Positions 52,440 to 63,154 of a stretch of DNA of 64,000 bases are shown here, one piece after another. The stretch covers positions 50,277 to 114,276 of the forward strand of contig JBGTGT010000121.1 in assembly GCA_041746575.1 (NCBI GenBank), in the 5' to 3' direction. The translations under genes were made by a program, and so were the position numbers. Source of the stretch: Microcystaceae cyanobacterium. GTDB taxonomy: Bacteria; Cyanobacteriota; Cyanobacteriia; Cyanobacteriales; Microcystaceae. Each line of letters starts with the position of its first letter. The stretch's first letter is position 1. The notes beneath the pieces were generated by a model. The model did no database searches, was not told the DNA's origin, and saw only the letters and a list, made by a program, of their open reading frames with translations.

Positions 52440-53495
52440 ATGGCATCAACGCGCGCACGAATTGCAGTAGACGCTATGGGAGGAGACTACGCCCCCAACG
52501 AAATTGTTGCGGGAGCGATCCGCGCCTCCGAAGAGCTAGACGTCGAGATTTTATTAGTAGGTGATCGCCCTGCCTTAGAATCTTGCCTCACCCACCATTC
52601 TCATCCGCAGAACTTGACCATTGTTGAGGCGGATGGGGTTGTAGATATGCACGAAGAACCCCTAGTCGCTTTAAGGCGGAAACCTCAGTCTTCGATCAAT
52701 GTGGCGATGAATCAGGTCAAACAGGGACAAGCCGATGGGGTGGTATCGGCTGGCCATTCTGGAGCGGCAATGGCTGCCGCCTTACTCAGATTAGGACGCT
52801 TACCCGGCATTGATCGCCCGGCTATCGGTGCTGTTTTACCGACCCTTTTAGCGGGAAAATCAGTCATCGTGCTAGACGTAGGGGCAAACGTTGACAGTAA
52901 ACCCAAATATTTAGAGCAGTTTGCCATTATGGGGACAATCTATAGCCAATATGTCATTGGGGTGGAATCCCCCAAAGTGGGCTTACTCAATATTGGAGAA
53001 GAACCTGGCAAAGGCAATGATTTATCCCTAAAAACCCACGAGTTGCTTCAAGAAAACCCCAATATTCCTTTTGTGGGGAACGCTGAAGGTCGGGATGTCA
53101 TGAAAGGGGAGTTTGATGTCATCGTTTGTGATGGCTTTATTGGCAATATTCTCTTAAAATTTGCTGAATCGGTCGGCTCTGTTCTCTTACAAATCATGTT
53201 AGAAGAACTTCCCCAAGGTCTTAACGGAAAACTGGGATCAGCCCTGCTCAAACCCAATCTCAAACGGGTCAAGCAACGGATGGATTATGCTGAGCACGGG
53301 GGTGCGCTCCTGTTCGGCGTAGATGGCATTTGTATTATTAGTCATGGCAGTTCCCAATCCCCCGCGATTTTTAACGCCATTCGTTTGGCTAAGGAAGCCT
53401 ACGATAATCAAGTGCTAGAACGGATTCAAAACGCTAACCAATATCAAACTAATTCGTCTCCTACGCTATCTGAGACAGTTCATCAAGAATCTTAA
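52440..53495 (+). CDS. plsX: Phosphate acyltransferase PlsX
   Basis: IAVDAMGGDYAP, SAGHSGA, DVGAN, NIGEE, CDGFIGN, SHGSS. Confidence 0.96.
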   Translation: MASTRARIAVDAMGGDYAPNEIVAGAIRASEELDVEILLVGDRPALESCLTHHSHPQNLTIVEADGVVDMHEEPLVALRRKPQSSINVAMNQVKQGQADGVVSAGHSGAAMAAALLRLGRLPGIDRPAIGAVLPTLLAGKSVIVLDVGANVDSKPKYLEQFAIMGTIYSQYVIGVESPKVGLLNIGEEPGKGNDLSLKTHELLQENPNIPFVGNAEGRDVMKGEFDVIVCDGFIGNILLKFAESVGSVLLQIMLEELPQGLNGKLGSALLKPNLKRVKQRMDYAEHGGALLFGVDGICIISHGSSQSPAIFNAIRLAKEAYDNQVLERIQNANQYQTNSSPTLSETVHQES

Positions 53496-53551
53496 ACACT
53501 ATCGCTTGTTTTTGATTCATCATTCATTTTTAAGCAAGAGGAAGGCGAGTT

Positions 53552-54547
53552 TTGAACTCATTTGGCACTGGATTGAGAATTATGGGAAGTGGCTCGGCTG
53601 TACCTGCTCAGATTCTCACAAACAACGATCTCAGTCAGATGGTAGAGACCTCTGATGAGTGGATTACCACCCGAACGGGGATTCAACAGCGACACTTAGG
53701 ATCACAAGGGGAGACTTTGGGCAGTCTATCCACACAGGCGGCGATGGAAGCTCTAAAATCTGCCAACATTTCTTCAAATGATGTAGATTTGATTATTTTA
53801 GCCACTTCAACTCCTGACGATTTATTCGGCACAGCCTGTCAAATTCAACGGGATTTAGAAGCAACCCAAGCCGTAGCCTTTGATTTAACGGCAGCTTGTT
53901 CAGGTTTTGTGTTTGGTTTGATTACGGCGGCTCAATTCATTCGAGCAGGAACCTATCGGACGGCGTTAGTAATTGGGGGTGAAGTATTATCCCGTTGGGT
54001 GGATTGGTCTGACCGAACGACCTGTATTTTATTCGGAGACGGGGCAGGGGCAGTAGTCTGTCAAGCGACAGAAATCGATCAATTGCTTGGTTTTGCGATG
54101 TACAGTGATGGCAGTTTAAACCACTGTCTTAATTTGAACTATCAGTCCCAGTTAACCCCCTTAAATTCAGCCCTTTCAGTCCATCAGGGAACATTTCACC
54201 CGATTACAATGAATGGACGGGAAGTGTATCGTTTTGCCGTGGCTAAAGTGCCAGAAGTAATTGAAAAAGCTCTCTTCCAAGCCAAATTGACAACCCACGA
54301 TATTGATTGGCTTATTCTTCATCAAGCAAATCAACGAATTATGGATGCCGTCGCTGATCGCCTGAAAATTGCCCCTGAAAAGGTGATTAGCAATTTAAGT
54401 GAATATGGCAACACTTCTTCTGCTTCTATTCCTTTAGCACTAAACGAAGCCGTTAGACAAGGCAAAATTAAGGGGGGTGATGTAATTGCAACCTCTGGTT
54501 TTGGGGCAGGTTTATCTTGGGGAGCGGCCATTTTTCGCTGGGGATAG
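53552..54547 (+). CDS. fabH: Beta-ketoacyl-ACP synthase III
   Basis: TSDEWI, AACSGF, FGDGAGA, HQAN, YGNTSSAS, GFGAGL; TTG start. Confidence 0.96.
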   Translation: MNSFGTGLRIMGSGSAVPAQILTNNDLSQMVETSDEWITTRTGIQQRHLGSQGETLGSLSTQAAMEALKSANISSNDVDLIILATSTPDDLFGTACQIQRDLEATQAVAFDLTAACSGFVFGLITAAQFIRAGTYRTALVIGGEVLSRWVDWSDRTTCILFGDGAGAVVCQATEIDQLLGFAMYSDGSLNHCLNLNYQSQLTPLNSALSVHQGTFHPITMNGREVYRFAVAKVPEVIEKALFQAKLTTHDIDWLILHQANQRIMDAVADRLKIAPEKVISNLSEYGNTSSASIPLALNEAVRQGKIKGGDVIATSGFGAGLSWGAAIFRWG

Positions 54548-54649
54548 CCTCAGTCGGTAGGAGGTCATATTCACTCCAATTTCCCTACTTTCATGATAGA
54601 AACAGCAATGAGTTACAATAAAAGTTTGAGTATTACAGCGTAAATTATT

Positions 54650-55738
54650 ATGGGGAATACGTTTGGCCATCTTTTTCGCATTACCACCTTTGGAGAATCT
54701 CATGGGGGGGGAGTCGGCGTAATTATTGATGGTTGTCCGCCTCGTTTAGCGATTACCCCAGAAGAGATTCAAATTGAACTTGATCGCCGCAAACCGGGTC
54801 AAAGTAAGATTACAACCCCTCGACGAGAACAGGATCACTGTGAAATTCTCTCGGGGATATTTCAAGGGCAAACCCTTGGTACGCCGATCATGATCTTAGT
54901 CCGCAATCAAGATGCGCGATCGCAAGATTACTCAGAAATGTCCGAAAAATATCGCCCTTCCCATGCGGATGCTACCTACGACGCAAAATATGGCCTGCGC
55001 AATTGGCAAGGAGGAGGTCGTTCTTCAGCAAGAGAAACCATTGGTCGAGTGGCCGCAGGAGCGATCGCCAAAAAAATCCTTAAACAGGTCGCTGATACAG
55101 AAATTATCGCCTATGTTAAGCAAATTAAGGATCTAAAAGCCATAATCAACCCCAATACGGTCACTTTAGACCAAGTCGAAGCCAATATTGTCCGTTGTCC
55201 TGATGGGGATTGTGCCGAACGCATGATTAATCTTATTGATCAAATTCGTAAAGAAAAAGATTCTATCGGTGGGATTGTGGAGTGTGTTGCCCGCAATATA
55301 CCAAAAGGATTAGGAAGTCCCGTATTTGACAAATTAGAGGCAGATTTAGCCAAAGGAATCATGTCCTTACCCGCCAGTAAAGGCTTTGAAATTGGCTCAG
55401 GATTCGCAGGAACAACCTTAACGGGACGAGAACACAATGATGAGTTTTACACCGATAAAAAAGGGGAAATTCGCACTGTTACCAATCGATCGGGTGGTAT
55501 TCAGGGGGGAATCAGTAACGGCGAAAATATCGTCATTCGGACTGCTTTTAAGCCCACTGCCACCATTGGACAAGAACAAAGAACAGTGACAAAGACGGGC
55601 GAAGAAACGACTTTAGCGGCAAAAGGTCGTCATGATCCCTGTGTTTTACCCCGTGCTGTGCCGATGGTAGAGGCAATGGTCGCTCTAGTGCTGTGTGACC
55701 ATCTTTTGCGTCATCATGGACAGTGTAAGGTTTTTTAA
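54650..55738 (+). CDS. aroC: Chorismate synthase
   Basis: [38 protein letters not shown]. Confidence 0.97.
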   Translation: MGNTFGHLFRITTFGESHGGGVGVIIDGCPPRLAITPEEIQIELDRRKPGQSKITTPRREQDHCEILSGIFQGQTLGTPIMILVRNQDARSQDYSEMSEKYRPSHADATYDAKYGLRNWQGGGRSSARETIGRVAAGAIAKKILKQVADTEIIAYVKQIKDLKAIINPNTVTLDQVEANIVRCPDGDCAERMINLIDQIRKEKDSIGGIVECVARNIPKGLGSPVFDKLEADLAKGIMSLPASKGFEIGSGFAGTTLTGREHNDEFYTDKKGEIRTVTNRSGGIQGGISNGENIVIRTAFKPTATIGQEQRTVTKTGEETTLAAKGRHDPCVLPRAVPMVEAMVALVLCDHLLRHHGQCKVF

Positions 55739-55800
55739 GAGGTGCGAGGTTCAATTAAACGAAAAAAACCTAAAACCTAACCCCTAATACTTTACTTCTC

Positions 55801-56190
55801 TTAAAAAGCATCTAAATCAATCGCTTTTGATCCTCCCGCTTTAAGTTGTTGTAATAACTGTCCTAACTGTTTCCAGACTAATCCGGCGATAAAAATGGTA
55901 ATCGGCAGAGAGATAGCATAAGATACCCAACGATTCGGTAGAAAAATTTCTAATCCAGAGGAGAGAAAGATGCAAATTCCCACACAAATTCCAAAAAAAG
56001 GAAATAATAAAGGACTATCCGTCAACTTAAAGTCACTATCCTTTGGGTTTTTTAGCCAGACTTTTACCCATTCTTTGAGGGTGGCTTCAAAAGCGAGTCC
56101 GCAAGTAATTCCTGTCACTAATCCCACAACGAGAAGAAAATAGGGAGGTTGAGGTAAAAAATAATAATAGTCGTTGGGAATGTCCATCAT
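55801..56190 (-). CDS. Conserved cyanobacterial 3-TM hypothetical protein
   Basis: PPYFLL..CGLAFEATLK, three hydrophobic segments, GGSKAIDLD C-terminus. Confidence 0.75.
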   Translation of the reverse strand: MMDIPNDYYYFLPQPPYFLLVVGLVTGITCGLAFEATLKEWVKVWLKNPKDSDFKLTDSPLLFPFFGICVGICIFLSSGLEIFLPNRWVSYAISLPITIFIAGLVWKQLGQLLQQLKAGGSKAIDLDAF

Positions 56191-56402
56191 ATCATTTGAG
56201 CAAAAGACCATCTAAAATCCTATCACAAGTTGAGTTCGGAATCAGAATTGATGGGGAAAATAGAATTAATTAGACAATTTCCAGCGTTTCTCTTTTGCCG
56301 TACGATACACCTTAAAATGATCATCAATTTCGTGGGTTTAATTAACTTTTCAAGACATTAAATTTGCCTGAGTTGAGCGTTAGACAAAAGCGAGATGATA
56401 GA

Positions 56403-57518
56403 CTAAAAAGAAGTTGTCCTCAAAGATTGCACCCGATTCAATGGCCAAGAAATTTTATAAGCTTTGCCAAAAATTAATTCTTGAGGTAAAAATCCCCACA
56501 CATGAGAATCTAAACTATCATTGCGATTGTCGCCCAAAAGAAAATAAGCGTTGGGTGGAACTTTCAGCGAATTTAAATGATAAAGGGGAGGTTGTGCAAT
56601 ATAAGGCTCGTTTAATGCTTGCTCATTGAGATAGACTTGATTTTGTCGCACCGAGATACTATCTCCCGGCAGTCCGATTACCCGTTTAATAAAGAACTCA
56701 GCAGTCTCTGTTTCTGCGTCTTTTAAGGCTTCAGGGGGATGAAAAACAACAATATCGCCCCGTTGAGGCTGATAATTGGTCGATTGGGTCACTAATACGC
56801 GATCACCTACCTGTAGTGTCGGCATCATGGAGGGACTGGGAATGATAAACTGTTCAAAGTGATGATCGAGCCATTTTGGCAGATAAGTCCCTAATAAGCC
56901 TGTAAAAAAGACAATTCCTGCTAAAATTGCTACCAAAGATCGTTTTTTGTCGGTAGGATGTTGAGGAAAAGCGAGGTAAACATCGTAAATCGCAATTGCT
57001 GTCAATAGCGGAACGGCAAAAAGGAGAATATCTGAAAAATTATTCAGTTGTAAAAAAATTAAGCTGATACAGAGTAAAATTAACCCTAAAATAGAGCGAC
57101 TGAGATAGATGTGTCCTAATCCGGGTAATATGCGCGAAATGAAGACAGCAAACCACGGATTTTTATGCTTACGGGGGATTTTTTCAGCGTTTTCATGTTT
57201 TTGGTGATGATGTACATCTAGAAGCGCATCAAGCATATTAAACAGATAAAAAACCCCTGCTAAAAGCAGGATAATGAATCCCCTCAAAATCTTGCCATCG
57301 GGCGCAAAAATCGACCAAACCCCACTGATCAGCAAAGTGAGTTGAAAAGTAAAAAAAATAAGTCCTTTAATCGGTTTTCCCGCATAAAACTGCCCGATAC
57401 CGGGAAAAAACATCGATAAATTAGCCGCTAACCAAGGATCTTTTTTCAAGAGAGAGACTTCCCCTGAAGTGCTTAATAGTCGCCTTTCTTTCAGAAATAA
57501 GGTGTGGAGTGGGGTCAT
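56403..57518 (-). CDS. lepB: Signal peptidase I with extended N-terminal membrane domain
   Basis: IPSPSMMPTL (Ser), FIKRVIGLPGD (Lys), GDNRNDSLDSHVWG. Confidence 0.9.
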   Translation of the reverse strand: MTPLHTLFLKERRLLSTSGEVSLLKKDPWLAANLSMFFPGIGQFYAGKPIKGLIFFTFQLTLLISGVWSIFAPDGKILRGFIILLLAGVFYLFNMLDALLDVHHHQKHENAEKIPRKHKNPWFAVFISRILPGLGHIYLSRSILGLILLCISLIFLQLNNFSDILLFAVPLLTAIAIYDVYLAFPQHPTDKKRSLVAILAGIVFFTGLLGTYLPKWLDHHFEQFIIPSPSMMPTLQVGDRVLVTQSTNYQPQRGDIVVFHPPEALKDAETETAEFFIKRVIGLPGDSISVRQNQVYLNEQALNEPYIAQPPLYHLNSLKVPPNAYFLLGDNRNDSLDSHVWGFLPQELIFGKAYKISWPLNRVQSLRTTSF

Positions 57519-57695
57519 ATTAAATCCAGTTTGCAAAGAATGGGGGGAGACAAGGGGTTACCATAGTTAGGGGGTTGGGTCATTAATTGAGAAGGGACAG
57601 ATGATAGCAGGAGGGGCCAGGAAATCCCCAATTTTTTCCCTATTATCGAAGATGAGATCTCCGTTAACAATGATCTCGATCAACGTTTACAAAAA

Positions 57696-58004
57696 TTAAC
57701 TTAAACCCGTTAAGCGGGGTTGCATCGTCTCCCATGTCAATCCCTGTTCGAGATATTGAGGATTCTGGGAGTTATAAGGACTTTTAAGACGATCAATGCG
57801 AATAATTGTAGCTTCCTCTGGTAAAATAGGAATATCAGGATTAAATTCGGTTGAATTCATTAAAGAACTCGAAAATCCTTTATAAATCATAATCTGATCT
57901 CTTTGCTCATTGTATTGAATCGTCACCAACAGAATTTCATGGGGATGGTGTTGGCTATACTGTTCGAGTTGTTGCGCTTGGGAAGGAGAATCATTCATTG
58001 TCAA
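57696..58004 (-). CDS. Conserved cyanobacterial/plastid hypothetical protein
   Basis: LEQYS..P.E, IYKGFSSSL, IDRLKSPY motifs. Confidence 0.75.
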   Translation of the reverse strand: MTMNDSPSQAQQLEQYSQHHPHEILLVTIQYNEQRDQIMIYKGFSSSLMNSTEFNPDIPILPEEATIIRIDRLKSPYNSQNPQYLEQGLTWETMQPRLTGLS

Positions 58005-58202
58005 TCAATAAAAATTAAAATTTAACGATTTTTAAGATAGCAATTAAACGAATATCCTTGAGTAACCTAAGTAAGAATAAAGCGATCGCTTTTTAAAGAA
58101 TTTTGTGGAATCTATGTGGGGAATCTCAATAAACCCTTATGATGGTAACAGAGGAACGTTTATCCTCTCAGTTACGTGATTCCTTTATGGCTTTCCCCCA
58201 AG

Positions 58203-58619
58203 ATGTCGGCTATTACTCTGACCTTACTCCATCCCACCAAAAACCTTCCGATGCAGAATTGGGCGTTTAATACGGAAACGGTCATTCGGATTGGTCGTTC
58301 AACAGAGAATCATGTGGTTTTGTATAGTGCTGTCGTATCTCGTCACCATCTTGAAATTCGGCGTAATGGTCTAAAGTGGGAAGTGGTCAATTTAGGCGCA
58401 AATGGGACTTATCTCAATGGTAATGAAAAACCGACCCCCAAAATCCCTGTTACAGATGGTATGATTGTCCGTTTAGCCTTGACTGGCCCCAAAATTCAAA
58501 TTAATATTGAACCTGAACTATCCCCCGTCAAGCGTCAACTGGCTGAACTGCAAAAAAATGTTGAGCAAACTGCAACCCTCAAAAAAGCAGAAGAAGATTG
58601 CGATACGCTTATTAATTAG
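58203..58619 (+). CDS. FHA domain protein
   Basis: IRIGRS, VVSRHH, GANGTYLNG. Confidence 0.9.
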   Translation: MSAITLTLLHPTKNLPMQNWAFNTETVIRIGRSTENHVVLYSAVVSRHHLEIRRNGLKWEVVNLGANGTYLNGNEKPTPKIPVTDGMIVRLALTGPKIQINIEPELSPVKRQLAELQKNVEQTATLKKAEEDCDTLIN

Positions 58620-58632
58620 AAAATCTCGATTT

Positions 58633-59886
58633 TCATTTTTGAGTTCTAGAATAGACGACGGCTTCTACTAAACCAATGGCAATAAAATTTGTGAGTAAGG
58701 CTGAGCGTCCGTAACTCATCCAAGGCAAGGGAATACCTGTAATGGGGGCTAATCCTACCGTCATACTAATATTAATCACCACCTGAAAAGCGATCATAGA
58801 TAATACGCCAATCGCTAACAATGAGCCAAAATTATCCTTAGTCTGATTAGCGATCATCACTAAGCGCAAACAAATGAGCCAAAAAGCCAGCAGAACGGTC
58901 ATAGCACCGATAAAACCTAATTCTTCCCCTACTGCTGAGAAAATAAAATCGGTATGCTGTTCGGGAATAAAATTTAACTGAGTTTGAGTACCATGGAATA
59001 AGCCGCGTCCCCACCATTCCCCTGAACCAATAGCAATACGAGATTGAATCAGTTGATAGCCGCCTCCTAGGGGGTTTTTTTCGGGGTTAAGAAATAAAGT
59101 TAACCGATCTTTTTGATAATCCTTCAATAATCCCCAAAAAATACCGCTTAACTTCCCTGCGCCAAAGTTTGCGAGAATTACGCCAATAGTACTTAACCAT
59201 CGCCAAGGCAGGGTTAACCAAGCAATGATCCCCATGCCTAACGCCCAGATTATCCAAGCCGGAAAAGATAAATTAAAGACAATCGCGGAAATAATGGGAG
59301 ATATCATAATAATCACCCATCCTAGACTCATATTTGCCCAGTAAAGCATCCCCAAGGTAATTGCCCCAAAGACTAACCCTGTTCCTAAATCGGGTTGCGC
59401 CATAATTAAGAGCCAAGGGACACTGGCAATCCCCAGAATTTTCAAAACAACGGGAATCGTGTTGGCGGACTGTCGCTGTAAAAGGGCGGCTAGGGTAATA
59501 ATTAGGCCAACTTTAGCAAATTCTGAGGGTTGAACATTAAAACTTCCAATATTAATCCAACTTCGCGCACCGTTTGCGGTAACGCCAATAATGACAACTG
59601 CAATTAAAGAGAGATTTGTCAGGGCATACGTGACCCAATGCCAACGCATCAAGGCTTTATAGGGAGAAAGTGCCAACCCTAAGGCTATTCCTAAGCCAAT
59701 TAAACCGAATAACCAGTGTTGAAACCAATCTACCGACTTTTCGTGTAATTCTGTACTCCGAATTAAAAGACCGCTTAAAACCGTTAAGCCAACAACAAGG
59801 CACAGCAAAGTCCAATCTAATTCAGGAAAAATCTTGGATTTTCTGGATCTTGGATATCTATAGCGCAATCGGGAACGAAGCAACAT
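58633..59886 (-). CDS. rodA: Rod shape-determining protein RodA (SEDS)
   Basis: GARSWI, QPSEFAK, QPDLGT, IPEQHTDFIF, GIPLPWMSYG. Confidence 0.95.
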   Translation of the reverse strand: MLLRSRLRYRYPRSRKSKIFPELDWTLLCLVVGLTVLSGLLIRSTELHEKSVDWFQHWLFGLIGLGIALGLALSPYKALMRWHWVTYALTNLSLIAVVIIGVTANGARSWINIGSFNVQPSEFAKVGLIITLAALLQRQSANTIPVVLKILGIASVPWLLIMAQPDLGTGLVFGAITLGMLYWANMSLGWVIIMISPIISAIVFNLSFPAWIIWALGMGIIAWLTLPWRWLSTIGVILANFGAGKLSGIFWGLLKDYQKDRLTLFLNPEKNPLGGGYQLIQSRIAIGSGEWWGRGLFHGTQTQLNFIPEQHTDFIFSAVGEELGFIGAMTVLLAFWLICLRLVMIANQTKDNFGSLLAIGVLSMIAFQVVINISMTVGLAPITGIPLPWMSYGRSALLTNFIAIGLVEAVVYSRTQK

Positions 59887-59919
59887 AGCAGTTTCAGTCT
59901 TTGTTCATTAGGATCATTA

Positions 59920-60981
59920 TTAAGAGTAGGCGGCGATGGACACCTTAGCGGCCGTTTGTTGAGCAATTGCAGTTAAAGCTTGCGCAGAGGCTGAGTCAGG
60001 TGCAGCCATCACAATGGGAATACCCATATCTCCCCCTTCCCTAAGGGCGATTTCTAAAGGAACACAACCCAAAAGGGGAACGTTAAGTTCTTTTGACGCT
60101 TTTTCCCCTCCTCCTGAACCAAATAAGTCATATTGGCGGTCAGATAAATCCGGCGGAATAAAATAACTCATATTCTCGACAATCCCTAAGACGTTAACCC
60201 CTAATTGTTCAAACATTTTTAAGCCGCGACGGGCATCCAGTAAAGAAACGGTCTGAGGAGTTGTTACAATGACCACACCAGCAATAGGAACAGCTTGAGC
60301 AAGCGTTAATTGAGCATCTCCAGTTCCAGGGGGCATATCCACTACTAAATAGTCCAATTCACCCCAATTTACTTGATAAAGAAATTGACGAATAATGCCA
60401 TTTAACATCGGTCCTCGCCACATGACAGGTTGGTCGGTATCAATTAAAAAGCCCATAGAGACCATTTTTACGCCATAGTTAAAGGCCGGTTCGAGAATTT
60501 CGCCGTTACTATCTTTCTGGGTAGTTATTTCTACATTTGCCAACCCCAACATCGTTGGTGCATTCGGCCCATAAATATCTGCATCTAACAATCCGACTTT
60601 TGCGCCCATTTTTGCTAAGGCGACGGCCATATTGACGGCAACCGTACTTTTACCCACTCCTCCTTTGCCACTGGACACCGCAATGATATTTTTAATACCG
60701 GGAACGCCTTGTTGATGGGGTAAGGGTTTCTGTTGAGGGGTTTCGGCGGTGACTTCTACTTGTACCTCTTCAATATCAGGCAGTTGTTTAACTGCTTTTT
60801 GACAGTCTTCGACAATAAATTCCCGTAAAGGACAGGCTGGTGTGGTTAAAACAAGGGTAAATCTTACTTTTTTGCCGTCTATTGCCACGTTACGAATCAT
60901 GTTGAGATCAACGAGGCTCTTTTGTAATTCCGGATCTTGGACGGGGCGTAATACGTCTAAAATGGTTTGAATGTCTGTCAT
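59920..60981 (-). CDS. mrp: Mrp/NBP35 (ApbC) Fe-S cluster carrier ATPase
   Basis: DUF59-like N-terminus, SGKGGVGKST, DADIYGP, WRGPM, DMPPGTGD, ENMS. Confidence 0.95.
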   Translation of the reverse strand: MTDIQTILDVLRPVQDPELQKSLVDLNMIRNVAIDGKKVRFTLVLTTPACPLREFIVEDCQKAVKQLPDIEEVQVEVTAETPQQKPLPHQQGVPGIKNIIAVSSGKGGVGKSTVAVNMAVALAKMGAKVGLLDADIYGPNAPTMLGLANVEITTQKDSNGEILEPAFNYGVKMVSMGFLIDTDQPVMWRGPMLNGIIRQFLYQVNWGELDYLVVDMPPGTGDAQLTLAQAVPIAGVVIVTTPQTVSLLDARRGLKMFEQLGVNVLGIVENMSYFIPPDLSDRQYDLFGSGGGEKASKELNVPLLGCVPLEIALREGGDMGIPIVMAAPDSASAQALTAIAQQTAAKVSIAAYS

Positions 60982-61077
60982 AATGGCTGGGTTATTAAAA
61001 ATAAATAAAAAGAGGTTTAAGGGATCGCCCCTTTTAAGATAAAGTCCAATTTCTTATTATGACGCAAAGGGGAAATT

Positions 61078-61530
61078 TTAAGTTAATTCTGTAGTGTAGC
61101 CAAAAAAATCAATGCGATAGTCTGTAATTTTAATTCCTGTTTGATTTTCAACCTTTTTAATCAAGTCTTCGGGTAATTCGACCTGAATGTCAATAATTTG
61201 ATGGGTGTCTAAACAATTAATATGGCTATGGGTGTCACTGGTACAACCATAGAGACGACCATCACAACGTTCGACACATTCAATAATTCCCTGATGGGAT
61301 AAGGCTTCTAGGTTCTGGTACACTGAGGTGTGACCAATGTCCTTGCCCTGCTGATTCAGACGGTCATAAATTGCCCTCGCCGAAAGATGCTCCTGTGTTT
61401 GCCAGAGTAATTCAAGGACGTAACGGCGTTGACGACTGACTCGCATTCCTAAAGACCGACATCGTTCTAAAGCATCATTTAATGAGCGAATTGGCGTATT
61501 TTGGGGGGATTGGATAGACGGATTAGTCAT
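61078..61530 (-). CDS. Fur family transcriptional regulator (FurC/PerR-like)
   Basis: GMRVSRQR, HLSA, IGHTSVYQNL, HSHINC. Confidence 0.9.
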   Translation of the reverse strand: MTNPSIQSPQNTPIRSLNDALERCRSLGMRVSRQRRYVLELLWQTQEHLSARAIYDRLNQQGKDIGHTSVYQNLEALSHQGIIECVERCDGRLYGCTSDTHSHINCLDTHQIIDIQVELPEDLIKKVENQTGIKITDYRIDFFGYTTELT

Positions 61531-61677
61531 GGCCTTGTCATTTTCACATTAAGTTAAACTCATTACCAGTTCCAGTTTAACTTAGACAGCTGAATCGAAA
61601 TAAATCGCCTCAGGTAAAAATTCACAATAAGACGCTAGGATAGGTGGGTAAATGCGTTCCGTCTTCGTACAACTTGA

Positions 61678-63153
61678 ATGGTTATGGCTGTGTTGTGGCT
61701 GAGTAAAATGAATCGTCCCCTTCCGATTTTATTGAGTTTGATGACGGGAGGACTGATTTTTATTGGCTTAATGACGGTAAAATTGACGGAAAGGCCGACA
61801 AAACAGGCAGAATTAGAAAAATTAACGGTGGTTGCCGCACCGGAAACCCTTTCAGTGGAAATTGAAGCAAGCGGCACAGTGCAACCAGTTGATAGAGTGA
61901 ATATCAGCCCGAAAGTGGCAGGAAGAATAGAGAGACTCCTAGTTGATCAAGGTGTAATTGTTAAAAGAGGTCAACCTTTAGCGATTATGGAAAATCGGGA
62001 GATTCAAGCTCAAGGATTGCAATCTCAAGCCAAGTTAAAAGAAGCAATTGCGGCTTATGAAACAGCTAGAATCCGCATTCCCAGCGAAATCAAACAAGCA
62101 GAAATGCGCTTCGAGCAGGCGAAAGCCAGCTTCTTAGAAAGTCAATCTCGCTTCAAACAAGCTCAGGCAAGGATTCCGGGAGAAATCAATCAATTTGAGG
62201 CACAAGTAAAGTCGGCTGAATCTCGCTTTAAACTGTCTGAAGTGCGTCTGCAACGCAACCAAGAGTTACTCAAAGAAGGGGCGATTTCTAATGATCAGTT
62301 TGATGAAGCCTTAAATGAGTATTACAACGCCGCCGCTAATTTGCGAGAAGCCCAACAACGTTTTGAACAATCCAAAGGAACAGCGTCTCCTGAAGTGCAA
62401 GAATTACAACAAGCGATTATCCAAGAACAAGCCACGGCGGCTGAGACAAAAATTGCCCTAGAACAACGCAAAAGCACCGCACAGGCAGAATTAGCTCAGT
62501 TACAGGCCGCCGCAGAAGCCGCTAAAGCCGAAATGGAACGGATTCGTGTTCAGTATGAAGATAGTCTCATTCGGGCGCCGTTTGATGGCATTATTACGCA
62601 AAAATACGCTGATGTGGGGGCATTTGTCACCCCAACAACCTCTGCTTCTAGTACCGCCTCTGCTACCTCTAGTTCGATTTTAGCGATCGCCAGAGGTACG
62701 GAAATCGTTGTTAAAGTGCCAGAAGTGGATATTGCGCTAGTCCGGATGAATCAGCCTGTCAGTATTCAAGCAGATGCTTTCCCCAACCGTGAATTTCAAG
62801 GAAGAGTGACGCGAATTGCCCCAGAAGCGATCGTAGAAGATAATGTTACTTCTTTTGAAGCGACGATTGGATTAATGGACGAAAAACAGCCGTTATTGTC
62901 GAATATGAATGTAGATGTTACCTTTTTAGGGCAAGAGCTAAATAATGTCTTGGTTGTACCTACGGTGGCCATTGTGACGCAAAAAGGGGAAACGGGAGTG
63001 ATGATCCCCGATATGGAAGATAAACCCAAATTTCAACCCGTTACTATTGGCTTAGTTTTAGACGATAAAACCCAGATAATCTCAGGATTAGCTCCTGGTC
63101 AAAGGGTATTTATTGATTTACCTGAAGATTCTCAGAAAAAAGAAGATAAATAA
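61678..63153 (+). CDS. Efflux RND/ABC membrane-fusion (periplasmic adaptor) protein
   Basis: N-terminal anchor, ISPKVAGRI, long coiled coil, IRAPFDGII, VPTVAI. Confidence 0.92.
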   Translation: MVMAVLWLSKMNRPLPILLSLMTGGLIFIGLMTVKLTERPTKQAELEKLTVVAAPETLSVEIEASGTVQPVDRVNISPKVAGRIERLLVDQGVIVKRGQPLAIMENREIQAQGLQSQAKLKEAIAAYETARIRIPSEIKQAEMRFEQAKASFLESQSRFKQAQARIPGEINQFEAQVKSAESRFKLSEVRLQRNQELLKEGAISNDQFDEALNEYYNAAANLREAQQRFEQSKGTASPEVQELQQAIIQEQATAAETKIALEQRKSTAQAELAQLQAAAEAAKAEMERIRVQYEDSLIRAPFDGIITQKYADVGAFVTPTTSASSTASATSSSILAIARGTEIVVKVPEVDIALVRMNQPVSIQADAFPNREFQGRVTRIAPEAIVEDNVTSFEATIGLMDEKQPLLSNMNVDVTFLGQELNNVLVVPTVAIVTQKGETGVMIPDMEDKPKFQPVTIGLVLDDKTQIISGLAPGQRVFIDLPEDSQKKEDK

Positions 63154-63154
63154 G

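Noticed and set aside
613..63029. Many short shadow ORFs (e.g. 19030-19482, 34296-34631, 36838-37215, 46950-47330, 49914-50216)
   Set aside because: They lie antisense to or out of frame within well-supported genes and have no protein-family features.
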